DNA of 64,000 bases from Camelus dromedarius. Taxonomy: Eukaryota. The stretch lies in assembly GCF_036321535.1 (NCBI RefSeq), contig NC_087436.1, positions 81,594,001 to 81,658,000 on the forward strand. Direction: 5' to 3'. A program made the position numbers and the translations under genes. Shown here one piece after another: positions 13,240-25,069 of this stretch. How positions within the stretch are numbered: the stretch's first letter is position 1; every line of letters begins with the position of its first letter. The notes beneath the pieces were generated by a model. That model was not told the origin of the DNA. It did no database searches and saw nothing but the letters and a program-made list of their open reading frames with translations.

Positions 13240-13790
13240 AAACATAGTCATCTTAATCGAGTGATCAATGTTAACATCACTAATAATATGACACGTTGAT
13301 ACGACAGAGTCCCTGGTAAAAAGCACTAAAAAGGGCCTTCTTCCTCCAAATTCACAACCTCAATTTACTCATAAGAAAGGTTACCAAGCTCCAACTGAAA
13401 GTGTTCTACAAAATACTTGACCATTATTCATCTAAAGTATCAAAGTCACAGGAGACAAAAGAAAAAAAAAAAAAAAAAAAGACAAAGGAACTGGCAGGAA
13501 CTCGCAGAGATTGGAGGTGACTAAAGAGCCATGGTAAGTTAATGCCATGTAGGACTCTGGATTGGCTCTTGGAACAGAGAAACAACACTGAGGAAACAGG
13601 ATTAAAGTCTGCAGCTTGTTAAGAGTGAAGCAGCAGTGTTAATTTCTTTGCTTTGTTCATTATACCACCATTATGCGAAGTGTTTAACTTTAGGGAAGCT
13701 GAGTGAAGACTATATTGGGAACTTTCTGAACTATTTTTGCAAATCTTCTGTAAATCTAACATTACATCAAAATTACAAGTTTAAAAAATA
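13240..13790 (+). mobile_element. L1MC-type 3' end
   Basis: 'gtgatcaatgttaacatcac', 'gggaagctgagtgaag', 'tttttgcaaatcttctgtaaatctaa'. Confidence 0.85.
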
Positions 13791-13989
13791 CATGAATTTA
13801 CAATATACAAAATAAAGAGAAAATGGAAATCCCATATTTTATCATCAAACAGAAGAAACATTTGCTTGTTGATTTGATGATTGTTGATTTGACTCATCAC
13901 GTTCTCTTTTTCTTTTCTTTTCTTTTTTTTAATGCTAAGTCTCTGAACACTCATCTTTGGCAAGACTGAGCAAGCTGGAGAAGGACACA

Positions 13990-14190
13990 TTCTGTAACCT
14001 GAGTGCCAAGCTTCAGATTCCATCTCTACCATTTATTGTGTGACTTGAGGCAAATAAATTAACTTCCTGTGCCCAGTTGCTTTGTTGTACAGATGGGAAG
14101 AATAATATTGCCAAAAAGAGTTGTTGTAAAAATAAATGAATGTATGCAAAGCTCTTAGAACAGTGCATGTAAAAGTCAGCGCCGTTTGAC
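13990..14190 (+). mobile_element. MIR SINE
   Basis: 'tgtgtgacttgaggcaaataaattaacttcctgtgcccagtt', 'gcaaagctcttagaacagtgc'. Confidence 0.85.
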
Positions 14191-14241
14191 AGAAATGTCA
14201 AAACAGTTTGGAAGCACAGTGCTCTCTCCCACTCTGCAAAC

Positions 14242-15313
14242 TGAAGGGGTTCAGAACGAGCCTCCCCAAAATGTACCACCTTGGCATGTACATTATTTTG
14301 AACTAAAGGAAATCCAGACCCTGCTGATTCAAGAGAAACTTCTGTCCTTCCCTTAACTACCTAGAAGAATTTAAATTGGAGGTCTTTCCCAGAATTAATA
14401 TTATTACCAGAGATAAATTTTATCTGAGTGAGACTAGGGACCTTAATTACAGACAGAAACCACAAGTTATTTAAGATGTCTGAAACACAGAGTGAAAGGT
14501 GGCACTGAGTGAGAAAGGAAAAAAAAAAAAAAAAACTAAGTCACATAGAACATTGTAAGCGGCATATGTAATGTGGCCTTTATCCTAGCAACAATTAGAA
14601 CCCATTGAAGGAGTGAAGGGTTTTGAGAACAAAAATGTTAGAATAGAATGGTCAGATCTGCATTTTAGAGGACTGGCTCTAGGGAATGCTCTCAGAAATG
14701 CTTTGATTTGAAAAACAATTACTGAACATCTATTCTATTCCTAGGAACAAAGCTAATAACCAAAACCAAGTCATACGCCCTTCCTCCTCTAGCCTACCAC
14801 AAATACACACCCAGCACTGCAACCCACACCACATCTCCATCTACTGTTGCCAGGTAGGGTAAAATTTCTTTCTATTTTGGTGCTATAATAATTTTATTTC
14901 ATAAATATTTCATATTTATTTCATACTAATTCTTTTTTTAATTGAAGTATAGCTGATTTGCAATGTTATGTTAGTTTCTGGTGTACAGCATGAAAAAAAA
15001 ATTTTTTTTATCTGAGTGACCCGTCTGCATGGCAGAGCAAACATCTCATTACCAAATACCTGCACTTCTTCTCACTGTCCTGTAAATGGCCCTTCTTCCA
15101 ATTGAAGCCCCAGTCCCTCTTCTCACTCCTCAGCTCAGGATGGCATATATATACTCCATTTTACCCTGTCTTTGAGTCCCTTATGTATGTGGGATTCCTG
15201 CACATACAAAATGAAATTTGTTTTTCTCTTGTTAATCTGCCTCATGCCAACCTGATGATTAGACCAGTCAAAAGAAGCCTTGAAGAGTAGAGGAAAATTC
15301 TTTCTCCCCAACA
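14242..15313 (+). mobile_element. MER34-like ERV1 solo LTR split by an insertion (LTR parts 14242-14431 and 15006-15313)
   Basis: Start 'tgaaggggttcagaac..ccccaaaatgtaccac.ttggcat'; end 'ttctccccaaca'; 4-bp flanks aaac/aaag. Confidence 0.85.
14432..15005 (+). mobile_element. TSD-flanked, A-tailed insertion of non-autonomous genomic sequence
   Basis: 14-bp direct repeat ttttatctgagtga at 14418-14431 and 15006-15019; A9 run just before the right copy; contains an L2-like piece and an antisense L1 tail. Confidence 0.75.
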
Positions 15314-15349
15314 AAAGCAAAATGGAATAACTCTTTCCCTCCTTTTACT

Positions 15350-15665
15350 CCTCTGCTATAATGAAGCTGACATTACTGGAAGCTGGCTCATCTAATCAAA
15401 TATTTCTACTGGAATTTTGACTCCTGAAAGCATAACATGGAAAAGGGCAGAAGGTTCCCAGCCCAGGCATTCCACACAGACTCTCCCCAGGGAGAAATCA
15501 GGCTACGTGCTCAAATGCCTACCTTTTTGGTTTCCTGGCCATCTTCCCACCCTGGATTTCCAAAGCTCCTGCTGCTCTGTGAACCATCACATGCTCTTCC
15601 AACAAAGCCCTTTGCTGCTTAAGTTTAAAAATGTTAGTTTTGATTGTTTTCAGATGACAACAAAC
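15350..15665 (+). mobile_element. Degenerate MaLR (MLT1-like) LTR
   Basis: 3' end 'caacaaagccctttgctgcttaagttt..ttagttttgattgtttt' resembles the MLT1 terminus. Confidence 0.55.
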
Positions 15666-15701
15666 ACGCTGTGTGTATGCCCGGATACTGTTATTCAATG
15701 A

Positions 15702-16630
15702 CCCAATTCCTAAAGTCTGGGAGGAGAGATGCCCCTAAGTCTTGCTTCTAAAAATGTCCTCAACTCACACTTTGATCGAAAAGAAATGAAGTTTGTTGAG
15801 TTGGTGTTTGAGATGATAAGTTAAAGGGAGAGGAAATCTCATTGGAATGTAGGCTCCTTGAGAAAAGAGACAGTTTTTCAGCCATGTCTCAATTGCCTAT
15901 CATGCAAGTTCTCTCCAGTCCCAGTACAGATAGTAAACAAAGGTGGATGCCTATTATTCATGGGGATTTAATTGACTGCTGTGACAATACCTATTGGTTG
16001 GACTGGTCCAAAAATGGCCCATAGTTTGGGTTTGTTCTCAAGACAATTCATTTTACACTAAACACTAAAATTCAATCTATACCCTTCTATGGGTACCTCA
16101 TAAGAAGACGCTGATGCTAGAAAATGGCCATGGGTATCTTTGTGTTTTGCATGTGGGAAAAATTATTTGAGAAGATGGAATAATTACTGAAGGGCCTAGA
16201 TCACCATGTAAATGCAGTGTTACCTATGTGATTGACAAGAACTCTGAACAAATTCACTGGCCTTACAAGAAAAACTCTTAATTAAAAATTTCGACTATGA
16301 GATTACAGAATTAAACAACACCTTAGGCTCCGATTGGGGAAGATTCACCAAAAACTATAAAATAACACTGAAGTAGTCAATCACTTGAAAGAAGAAGCAA
16401 CAGTCTCCACAACAGTTTGTGAATTTAATGTAAACATTCCTAATCAAGAATTAAGAAGTCTAATCAAGAATCATACATTAGCGTGATAGATTTATAGATA
16501 TTCTCTCAAGGTGAATACTGTATTTTTTTAATTTAGCCTATTGTAATTCCGATAGTTGCTTAGTTTGGTATTTTACTATAGACTTGCTGGATATTTATAC
16601 AACTGCAAACTGCTCAGAAAAAGTAGAAAC
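15702..16630 (+). pseudogene. Decayed endogenous retroviral env-like ORF (multiple stops and frameshifts)
   Basis: Piecewise translation gives a Cys-rich ectodomain (KTLMLENGHGYLCVLH, PCKCSVTYVI), tandem stops TGATAG at 16484-16489 (possible WW), then hydrophobic FLI*PIVIPIVA*FGILL*TCWIFI; followed by a PPT-like tract and an LTR. Confidence 0.6.
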
Positions 16631-16691
16631 AGTAATGAAGATCCTTTAAAAACTGTAGCACAACTATAAAATAGTACCAAACATGGGAGAT

Positions 16692-17270
16692 TGCAATGGT
16701 AAATATAGATCTAAAGAAACACTTTATTTTAAATTTTCCCTAGTGCCAAAAAGAATGAGTACTCTTCCCCCTCCCTTTAGCATTTTCCTTAGAAAACTTG
16801 AAATTGGAACTGCTTAAAAGAGATGTGTATAGATCTGTGTAAAAGCTTAATAAGCCTCGTGTCAATTCTGCATCCTGGGGTTGTATTTCTTGGAGCCCTC
16901 AGAGTCATTTCTTTAAAATCTGAACTTCCAGGAGGATGGATGGCACTTGCCTCCCTGTCTCTGTGGAAATTTAAGCCTAGGTGCTTGGCTTCACGATGTG
17001 ACTTGCTGCTTGTCATAAAGTTACAAGTTGTTTTGGGTTTCACTTTTGTTGAAGACAATTAACGTGTATGTAATGGATTGTATCTGCCTAGCTATGTAAC
17101 AGGGTGAGATTCCTGTCTCCCTTTGCAATCTCCTTAGCAGACTGCCTGTGATGTGCATCTTCAGCTTGACAATGTTTATTCAATAACAGAACTTTTTCCT
17201 TCTTTTCTACATAGAGAAGATTCACTGGAATGGCAGGAGATTTCATTTCTAATTATATTTCTCCAACCCA
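16692..17270 (+). mobile_element. ERV LTR (MER67/MER89-like), probable 3' LTR of the env remnant
   Basis: Begins TG after purine-rich 'gggaga'; U5 end 'ggcaggagatttcatttctaattatatttctccaac' resembles MER67/MER89. Confidence 0.75.
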
Positions 17271-18134
17271 GATTAGCAGTAATGGGGTACAGTGGGAATA
17301 ATTCCTATAGAAGCTAGCTAACTTCTCTCTGAATAAACTCCTGCCCAGTTCTGGAAAGCCATGTAGGATACGCCGTCAGTGCAGAAACATTAAATAAAAC
17401 ATAAAGTGATCAATATAAGCTATCAGCAGTTCTGAGGGAAAAAATAAAATGAACTTCTGAATAATGTGTTTTTATGTTAATACCAAAGTAGGATGCACCA
17501 GAGAAATGTAATTCCAACATACAAGAGTGTCCTTTTGACATGGAAATAAGACAATGAAGCACAAACATGTTGAGGGAATTACAATATGATAAAATAAATC
17601 TCCAAATTGGAGATGACTGGAGTCATGTCAATTTAAATTCATTTTTTACAACATTCTGTAAAAATGCTGAAAAAACTTTCAATGTTAAAGGTGATACCGT
17701 TGTCAAGAGTGAGTGATCACAAGGTTTGAGTGCCTGGGTATATGGTCTTGTACAGTGGAGAAAGAGGTGTATTCATGGTGCTTTGTAAAGCTAAAAAGGC
17801 CTGTGATGGCCAGTTGTTTGCAGTGCAGGTCATCAGTGAAAGACATTTTCACATCTGTTTTTCTATTCTTCTGTCCAGTGGGGGAGAAATAAAGAACATT
17901 TCCTAGATTGTGGTCTGTATAACACCTGGGTCCCACAAGACATTATATATACTCCGTGAGAAAAAAGGGGGAGGAAGGAGGAGGTTCTGTGGTCAAATAA
18001 ATCTGCAAATCCCTTTCTTGAAGTTTTACAATCTAGGTAAGCATAGGAGGAGACAAGCTGTAAACAAATTCAGTTAATTAGAACTCTCAAAATTATCTGA
18101 CCATGAGTTCTCCTCCCTTTTCTTCTCACCCATT

Positions 18135-18375
18135 CAATAATAAAAATAATGATCATAATCACGATCACTTACTGGGGACTTACTGTGGGTCACAGTTCTA
18201 CGTACCACTTTACATGTAAGACTCACCTAATCCTCATAAAAACCGTCTGAGGAACATGTTATCATCATCATCTCCATTTTACAAATGAAGAAACAAGCAC
18301 AGAGGGGCTAAGCGCACGGTCATGCCTCCTGCAGTAGAGGAAGAACCTGAATCCAGAACACCTGCCTCCAGCGAC
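18135..18375 (-). mobile_element. MIR SINE
   Basis: 'catctccattttacaaatgaagaaacaagcacagaggggctaag'. Confidence 0.85.
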
Positions 18376-18598
18376 GCTCCGCTCCTCCAGCAGCGAGCTG
18401 TGCGTGCTCAGTGCGTGCATTCCCTCCGGAAGGCTGCTGCGTTCACATCAGCTGTTTGAAGGGGTAGGAAAGGAAAAGGCTTCCCTGATGCTGAAACTGT
18501 CTGCTGATTCTGTCTAAGAAATCCTGTAGTTTGCTTTCTCTGCCTCACTGCATTTGTGCTAAGTAATCCCTGAACTTCTCCCTGACGGTCTTTACAAT

Positions 18599-18955
18599 TG
18601 TTTTAACCCAGAGGCTATGCTCCAGGAAGAAGGTAGAGGCCCGATAACCTCAGAAGAATGGACAGACCCTCGCAGTTCCTCCGTGACTCCAGAAAGATTC
18701 CTCGAGGCTAAGGGGGATGCAGCAGTACCCTGCAGTGCACCCTGGTGGTTATCATCTTTTCTGTTCTACCTAGTTTTTTTCTATGAAACTTGAAGGCCCC
18801 AACTCGAAGATGGATTCACAATCTGTATCTCTAAGGCATTAGCCTGCTCTGACTCCCCTTTACCTGGCAACGCAAGCTGTTCTTTTTCTCCCAAAACTCT
18901 AACTCCGAGTCTCAATCCGGCTTTCGGGGTGCAAGATGCCAGTTTTGCAGCAGCA
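18599..18955 (+). mobile_element. LTR-like element (ERV1)
   Basis: Ends 'tctcccaaaactct..ccgagtctcaatccggctttcggggtgca..gccagttttgcagca', typical U5; no TSD seen. Confidence 0.5.
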
Positions 18956-19029
18956 AGTTCTCATTTACTCCTCTGAACAACTTCCATTCCAAGGGTTGGT
19001 TGGAGATCCGTTCCCTGGTTTCCAGATCT

Positions 19030-19260
19030 GTCAGCTGCACTGTCGTCGTTTCATTGTCCCTTCCCGCTGCATGTTGGCAACGCGTCTCGACTTGGTCTTC
19101 CAAGGCACTGCCTTCCGCATCCTCGTTCAGGTAACAGGAGTAATACTACCTGCCTGACAGGCTGTGGTGATGCCTAAATAAAGACCAGTGGTGAGGAGGC
19201 TTTTGAACGGCAGCCTGTGCATAGCAAGAGCTTGGTGAGTATTACTAATGACCATCATCA
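19030..19260 (+). mobile_element. MIR SINE (unusually CpG-rich)
   Basis: 'gccttccgcatcctcgttcaggtaacaggagtaatactacctgcctgacaggctgtggtga'. Confidence 0.7.
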
Positions 19261-19677
19261 CCACCTATGTTACTGCTGCTGTTTTGCTCATTGTTTCAGA
19301 CACAGAGTCAGCGTCTGTGCGGGCGTGGAGAACAACAGATGGATAACAGATGGGTAACAGCCTTTGACTGTTCAGGGTATGAAGTGACAAAGAAACAAGG
19401 GTCTTCATACCTACTTTCAGAAAAGCAAGATTTTTTCTTTCTTGCCACAGGGCCTAGCCATTTCTTTTCCCAGTCAAGTTTCTATGGTTTTACAACGAGC
19501 GGAAAGTCCCTTGGAATCTAGCAAAAGTAAATTTACCAATCTCTCTTTGTTTTTTGTTTTTTTTTTCTGTTGACTTTTTTTATTTGCCTCTGTTTTTATA
19601 GACATTTATGTTAGAAGATGGAAGTGAGTGCATTAGAGAAAGCTAGTGAGATGGTATTTTTAACCAAAATCCCAAAA

Positions 19678-19836
19678 TTTTTATATATATATATATAAAA
19701 GCACATATATATATAGTGCTTAGAACAGTGCCTGGTACAGAGTAAGCCCTGCAAGTGTTAGTTGTTGTAATTGTTATTATTTGTTACTTTTCAGCAACAC
19801 TGCCTCTCTAGGTAGTGATGGGAGGAGCAGTAACAG
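19678..19836 (+). repeat. Left arm of perfect 159-bp inverted repeat
   Basis: Exact reverse complement of 20240-20398. Confidence 0.97.
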
Positions 19837-20239
19837 GGAATTTTGCTTTTAAAGGCTATTCAACAAAATTTGCATCTTCTAAAAAAACTGAGATTTCTTT
19901 CCAGTTTTTTACTTAAAACTCAAGGAAATTTTCTTATTTGAAGAAAGCGGTTATATAAGTTCAGTGATGTTCCATTCATGAATTTCAAAGAAACCTAACA
20001 TCTGCATAGTGACATGGACTTTTGAAGAATTGCGTGGGCCAGCAGATCAAGTCACAGCCAGCTGTCGGTGTGCATCCCTTGATCTATAGCGCAGTGGGTC
20101 GTAACTGGATTTCCTCCCACTCTTTGGATCTGCAGCTGACTTGCTCAGGGCCTGGGCAGTATTGGCCTTCCAGCCTAGAGCAGTGTCTCTCTACAGGGCT
20201 TTGGTGACAGGGCCTCACCACCTCATTCCCATAGAGATT

Positions 20240-20398
20240 CTGTTACTGCTCCTCCCATCACTACCTAGAGAGGCAGTGTTGCTGAAAAGTAACAAATAAT
20301 AACAATTACAACAACTAACACTTGCAGGGCTTACTCTGTACCAGGCACTGTTCTAAGCACTATATATATATGTGCTTTTATATATATATATATAAAAA
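20240..20398 (-). repeat. Right arm of perfect 159-bp inverted repeat
   Basis: Exact reverse complement of 19678-19836. Confidence 0.97.
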
Positions 20399-20612
20399 AT
20401 ACGTATACTAACTCATTTAGTTTCATTCTTATAGCTATCCAATGACTTAGGATCTATTATTAGCCTTATTTTACAGATGAAGAAACTGAGGCGGAGAGAA
20501 GCGAAGAAACTGGCGCAAAGGCACACAACTAGTAAGCGGCACAGTTAGTAAATGGCCCAGCAGAGATTCAAATCCAGGCATCCGGCTCCAGAGTTCTTGC
20601 TCTTAACCTCAA
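20295..20612 (-). mobile_element. MIR SINE (near full length)
   Basis: 'ttttacagatgaagaaactgaggc', 'gattcaaatccaggca..ggctccagagttcttgctcttaacc'. Confidence 0.9.
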
Positions 20613-23401
20613 GGCTGCGCTGAATGAGGGTGCTGTGGAATTCCTTAGGCAAGTGACAGATGGGGTGGGGAGGAAGGCTGTCATCTCTAGAGCCTGTTCC
20701 CCTTCTACCTACCTACCTAAGAGTAGCCTTAGGCAGAGTAACTCTGTTGGTTTGCTGATGATACTTTTCAGTGTCACTGAAGACTGATGGGAAAGAAATT
20801 TAAAGCCTGAACCAACAGGATCTGGAAACTTGACGAATGGAGAGCGAGTTAGAGCTTGTCTGGCAGACCTCACTGTTAACAGAAATATAGAATCAGATCT
20901 GCCTTCAGGGACCTTGAGTTGCATTCAGGAAAGACAAGAATAAAGACACGCCATTTCAATTCAATGAGGAAAGTACTATGATCTGCTCCAGGTGTTGTAG
21001 GACAATGGAGGAGCACTTACCCAGCTGGGTGAGGAAAAAGGATCATCAGGGAAAGCTTCAAAGAGCAAAATCCATTTTCTAGGATTATAAACCAATAAAT
21101 CCAGTATTTCCCCTTTATAAGCAATCAACAAAAACATTTTTAAAATGTTATCTCTGCTTGTCATAGGTAAACAAAAACACTGAAACTTGTATTAGAGTGA
21201 TTCTAGTTTTGTTTCCTAAGCTATCTATTAATCTGAAGTATTTCTATCAAAATGTCTTATCCACAAACTTTCTGGTTTTTGCTTTTCTGTGTTGTGGGTT
21301 TTTTTTTTTTAACCAGAAATGAGCCATACGAACTCTACATACTATCTAAATATATCCTTACCCTTTTCCATATGGTAATCTTAAGAATATTCATCACCAG
21401 ATAAGAAACACAGCTGCTACTCTTTTAAAAAAAGAGTCGTGAGTAATGGTTTAGTCTACATTTCTAAACATCAGGTGTTCTAAAAATCTTAAGAGAGTCA
21501 AGTTATTTTTATTGTCCCTAAATGTTTTAGGCACAATGCAGTTTTCACCGTTTAAACGCTTACATTAAAATTATTCCCATTAATCCATAAATTGCACACT
21601 ACTGTATAAATTTGCCTAACTCCTTTAAAAAAAGACTAATCACTACCAAAAATAATTCAATAATGTTAATGATATCTAGAATCAAGCTATACCTTGGAAT
21701 TTATCTAAAAATTGGATCTCTGTGTCTGCATCGTTCATACTCTTGTGATAAAAAGTATGACTCACTGAACTGGATCACTGAGGCTTCAAATATGCAGAAA
21801 AGAAAATCTAACATGACAAAACACAATAGGATGAAGAGGTTGGATACATACAGGCTTTTGAGGTTACCACTGGAGATGTGATCACCAAGATCAGGGACTC
21901 AAATAAGGATGGAAAAATGGCACAGTGAGGAAAGAACCAGACTGTGGTGACCCAGAGAGCCCAATTCTAGCTTGAGTTTTGCCACCTCCCAAGTTCAGAT
22001 CCTCAGCTTCAGCATGAATAAAATAAAGCATCAGACTAGATGATCACCAGTGTCAAATTCTACAAAATCTAAGATTCTAAACTCTGCATTTGCTGCCTTA
22101 ATGTTGTCAAACTCCGCACTTTTCATCATGTGGGAAATTGCATGCTTTTCACTATTAAACATTTTAATCTAAAATTTCGTATGGTTTCAGATTATTCAAC
22201 TTTTTTCTAAACCAGAAATGGGCTGCATTTTACCGGCTGCAGGACAGTTGATCACAGCAATGCTTTGGGGAAACACCAGAGAGTCAAAATTATGATGATT
22301 AAGCTACAGAGTACTTCAACATTTCAAAGTCATGAGAAGGAGAAACCAGCAAAGGGAACCTGGGTAAGAGAAAAGGAAACCTGGGAGAGGGGACCGTGGT
22401 AGCAGGTGACCCACTGCACCGAGAGCTGCTGACGAGGACTGGCCACAGTGAAGTGGGGGCCCAGACAGCTGGAGAACTGGCCCAGATTTCACCTGTGCGT
22501 GATGGGGAACACAATATCAGAAAAAGTCTGGGACTTAAGTCATTTTTTCACTGAATATTTGTTGACATCTCAGCACAATGTTAGGCACTGGGGATACAAT
22601 AAGCAAAAGAACACAGCCTCTCCCTTATAGAATTCAATCTAGCAGTGTTTATGACCTATCTGGGTGAAATCAGTACTTCAAAAAAGCAACGGCTGAGGTG
22701 ATTTAAAGATCCTTAGCCAATTCTAGGTAGCCGCATTACATATCACACTGTCCCATGCCGGAGAAGAATGTGATGTTCTGATGAATGGTTCTCAGTGAAA
22801 ACATCTACGCACACCTCATTGCTGGCCCAATAGTTACAGATAAAGCACAAGGTTTTATTTGAGCAAAGGCAGTCAACTGAGCTACACACATATTTTTTTA
22901 AAGAAATGCATCTAGCTTTGGCATTTCAAACTGAGACATGACACTGGAAGGCTAGATGCTGGGATAAAAAAATTGTAAATGATAACATTTCAGCATAAAT
23001 TTTTCTTTTTTCAGATAATTCATTTCTCCAGACTGGCTATCTTCTATGTGATATTCCTGTGCACTGGTACTTGCCAACTTCCAAACTGAAAAGATTCCAA
23101 GGAACCAAATGCCCTTTGGTGAAAGCAGGAGAAAGAAAAACAAAATTTCAAGGGTTAATGCTACAAGTTCTTTTAAAATAAAATAGCTGGGAGTCAAATA
23201 TAAATAAATACATGCATAATCATATAATTTCTTTCTTACTAATTTTATAAATTTTTATACTTACAGTGAAAAAAAAAAAAAAAAACTTCAGGTAATCGTG
23301 CTTCCCTCAGGGAAGACCACCGTTACGTCAGACCTTTTTTTCAAATCTTCCTAAGCCACAGTGTCATTTCACTAATAGATCCCATGGAGAGAGACACTTA
23401 C

Positions 23402-23428
23402 TTCTCAGATTTCACAGGGTTGTTGATT
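23402..23428 (-). other. Candidate 27-nt micro-exon
   Basis: Minus strand: cttatacacactcttcag|AATCAACAACCCTGTGAAATCTGAGAA|gtaagt. Confidence 0.25.
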
Positions 23429-24509
23429 CTGAAGAGTGTGTATAAGGAAGTTGGCCAATTAATCAAGAACATTTCAAGCTTTTCAATATTTCCTAATTAT
23501 TAAAGTTTTAATTCTTGTTTAAGTGGTGTCCTGTATTCTATTTCTAATAAAATGTTTAGCGGAATATACAGAAACATGTGCAACTGACTGGTGTCCAAAA
23601 AAAGTGTAATATGATACTGATTCCATGATTATTAAGAAAATATAATCCTTCTTTCCACATCTCTGGCACAATTCTTAAAATGTCAAAGCACAATCCTCAT
23701 TTAATTCTGTCAACAATATCTTGGAGGGAAAAGCATTTGAGTGAATGAATGAGGAGATGCCTGGGATCAACTGTGTTTGTGGCGTAGCAATAATAGATGA
23801 GTTTTGAACAGGGCTGACAAGTCAAAGGATGGGAACAGCTTCAGCAAAGGAGATAATGTGGCTGTGGGAGGGGCAGCGGAACTACTCAGAGAAGGCTGTG
23901 GGGTCTGTGATCTCATAACTGTTTTTATCTAACTCACTAGTATTATTTCCCTGCCCACGCTGTCAAGCTGCTCTCCTCTTGTGAGAAAGGTATCAGTGCA
24001 TAAAACTAAGTTGGCATGAGATGTTTTGTCAAGAAAGCCACTACCAATGTGCCCATCTACCCTAAATTTCCTTCTCTCCCCTTCTACAAAGGCAACTATG
24101 TCTGTGGTTTCAGTACTCGACATTGAATAAAATTACTAAGTCTCCAACAAAATCTAAAACCTATTTCATGTCCTCTACTTAAGATGTCAATAAAAAATGG
24201 ATATATTTCTATAAAAAATTAATGCGTCAAAATGTCATTACCTAAAGGGTCCAAGTTTCAAGTATTTGGAAATATTAAAAACAAAGGATTATTCATCCCT
24301 TGTGAGTTAGGTGTTCACTATACTTTTGAGGAATAAAAACTTAGAGAACATTCTCTAATTATTTTGAAAGGAAAAGTAGATTGACAGAAGCTTGCAGCTA
24401 TTAGTTTAGCTCTCTTTAGTTTGCTAGGTTGAAAGAAGAGCAGTCCTGCTTTAGAATGAGTTTAACGTCATCTTTTTCTAGTGCTAGTAACGTAACTGGT
24501 ACCCCACTT

Positions 24510-24933
24510 ACATCCCCTTGGCTTTCCCCTCCACATCATGAAGGCTGCCCACTGTGAACACCTGAAGCTCTCTGCCTGAAGGCTTTTCTCTGGCTATAGG
24601 AAATGTGTTCAACCCGCACATAGAACAAACCAGACGTGCAGAATCAACACCCACAGAAGCAGCTCGCGACAAATGATGAGGAGTAGCGAGATATACCTGG
24701 CTTCCCAGTGTGATAGCTCTAAGGTGTGCTAAGCCCATTTGACCTCCCCGAGTTCCTCTGCAGGACTGAGCCCTTTGCTGTATCCAGTGAGTAGGCTGAC
24801 AGCACACTGTTCAGTGTCTCCTCTCCCTCACCCGCTCCTCCATTCTTAGTTCCTGGGATCACCTCCCAAATGAACTACTCTGCACATAAATCACTGTCTC
24901 CGGGTTCACTATGAGATAACCCTATCCAAAACA
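24510..24933 (+). mobile_element. LTR16-like ERVL LTR
   Basis: 3' end 'cctgggatcacctcccaaatgaactact..aaatcactgtctccggg..aaaaca'. Confidence 0.85.
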
Positions 24934-25069
24934 CGTGGGCAGAATTTATGCTTCCACTGTATACAGACTTTTAAGTGAGGGCCAGAGTTCACATATAAAT
25001 AAAAACATAAACAGGTTAGGTTCTGAAAGGCTTTTAATTAGCCCATGCATATGGCAATCAGAAGTTATA

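Noticed and set aside
23650..24123. Exon-looking unique sequence and 64-aa ORF
   Set aside because: Manual translation of the minus-strand frames hits stops; no convincing splice sites or recognisable protein
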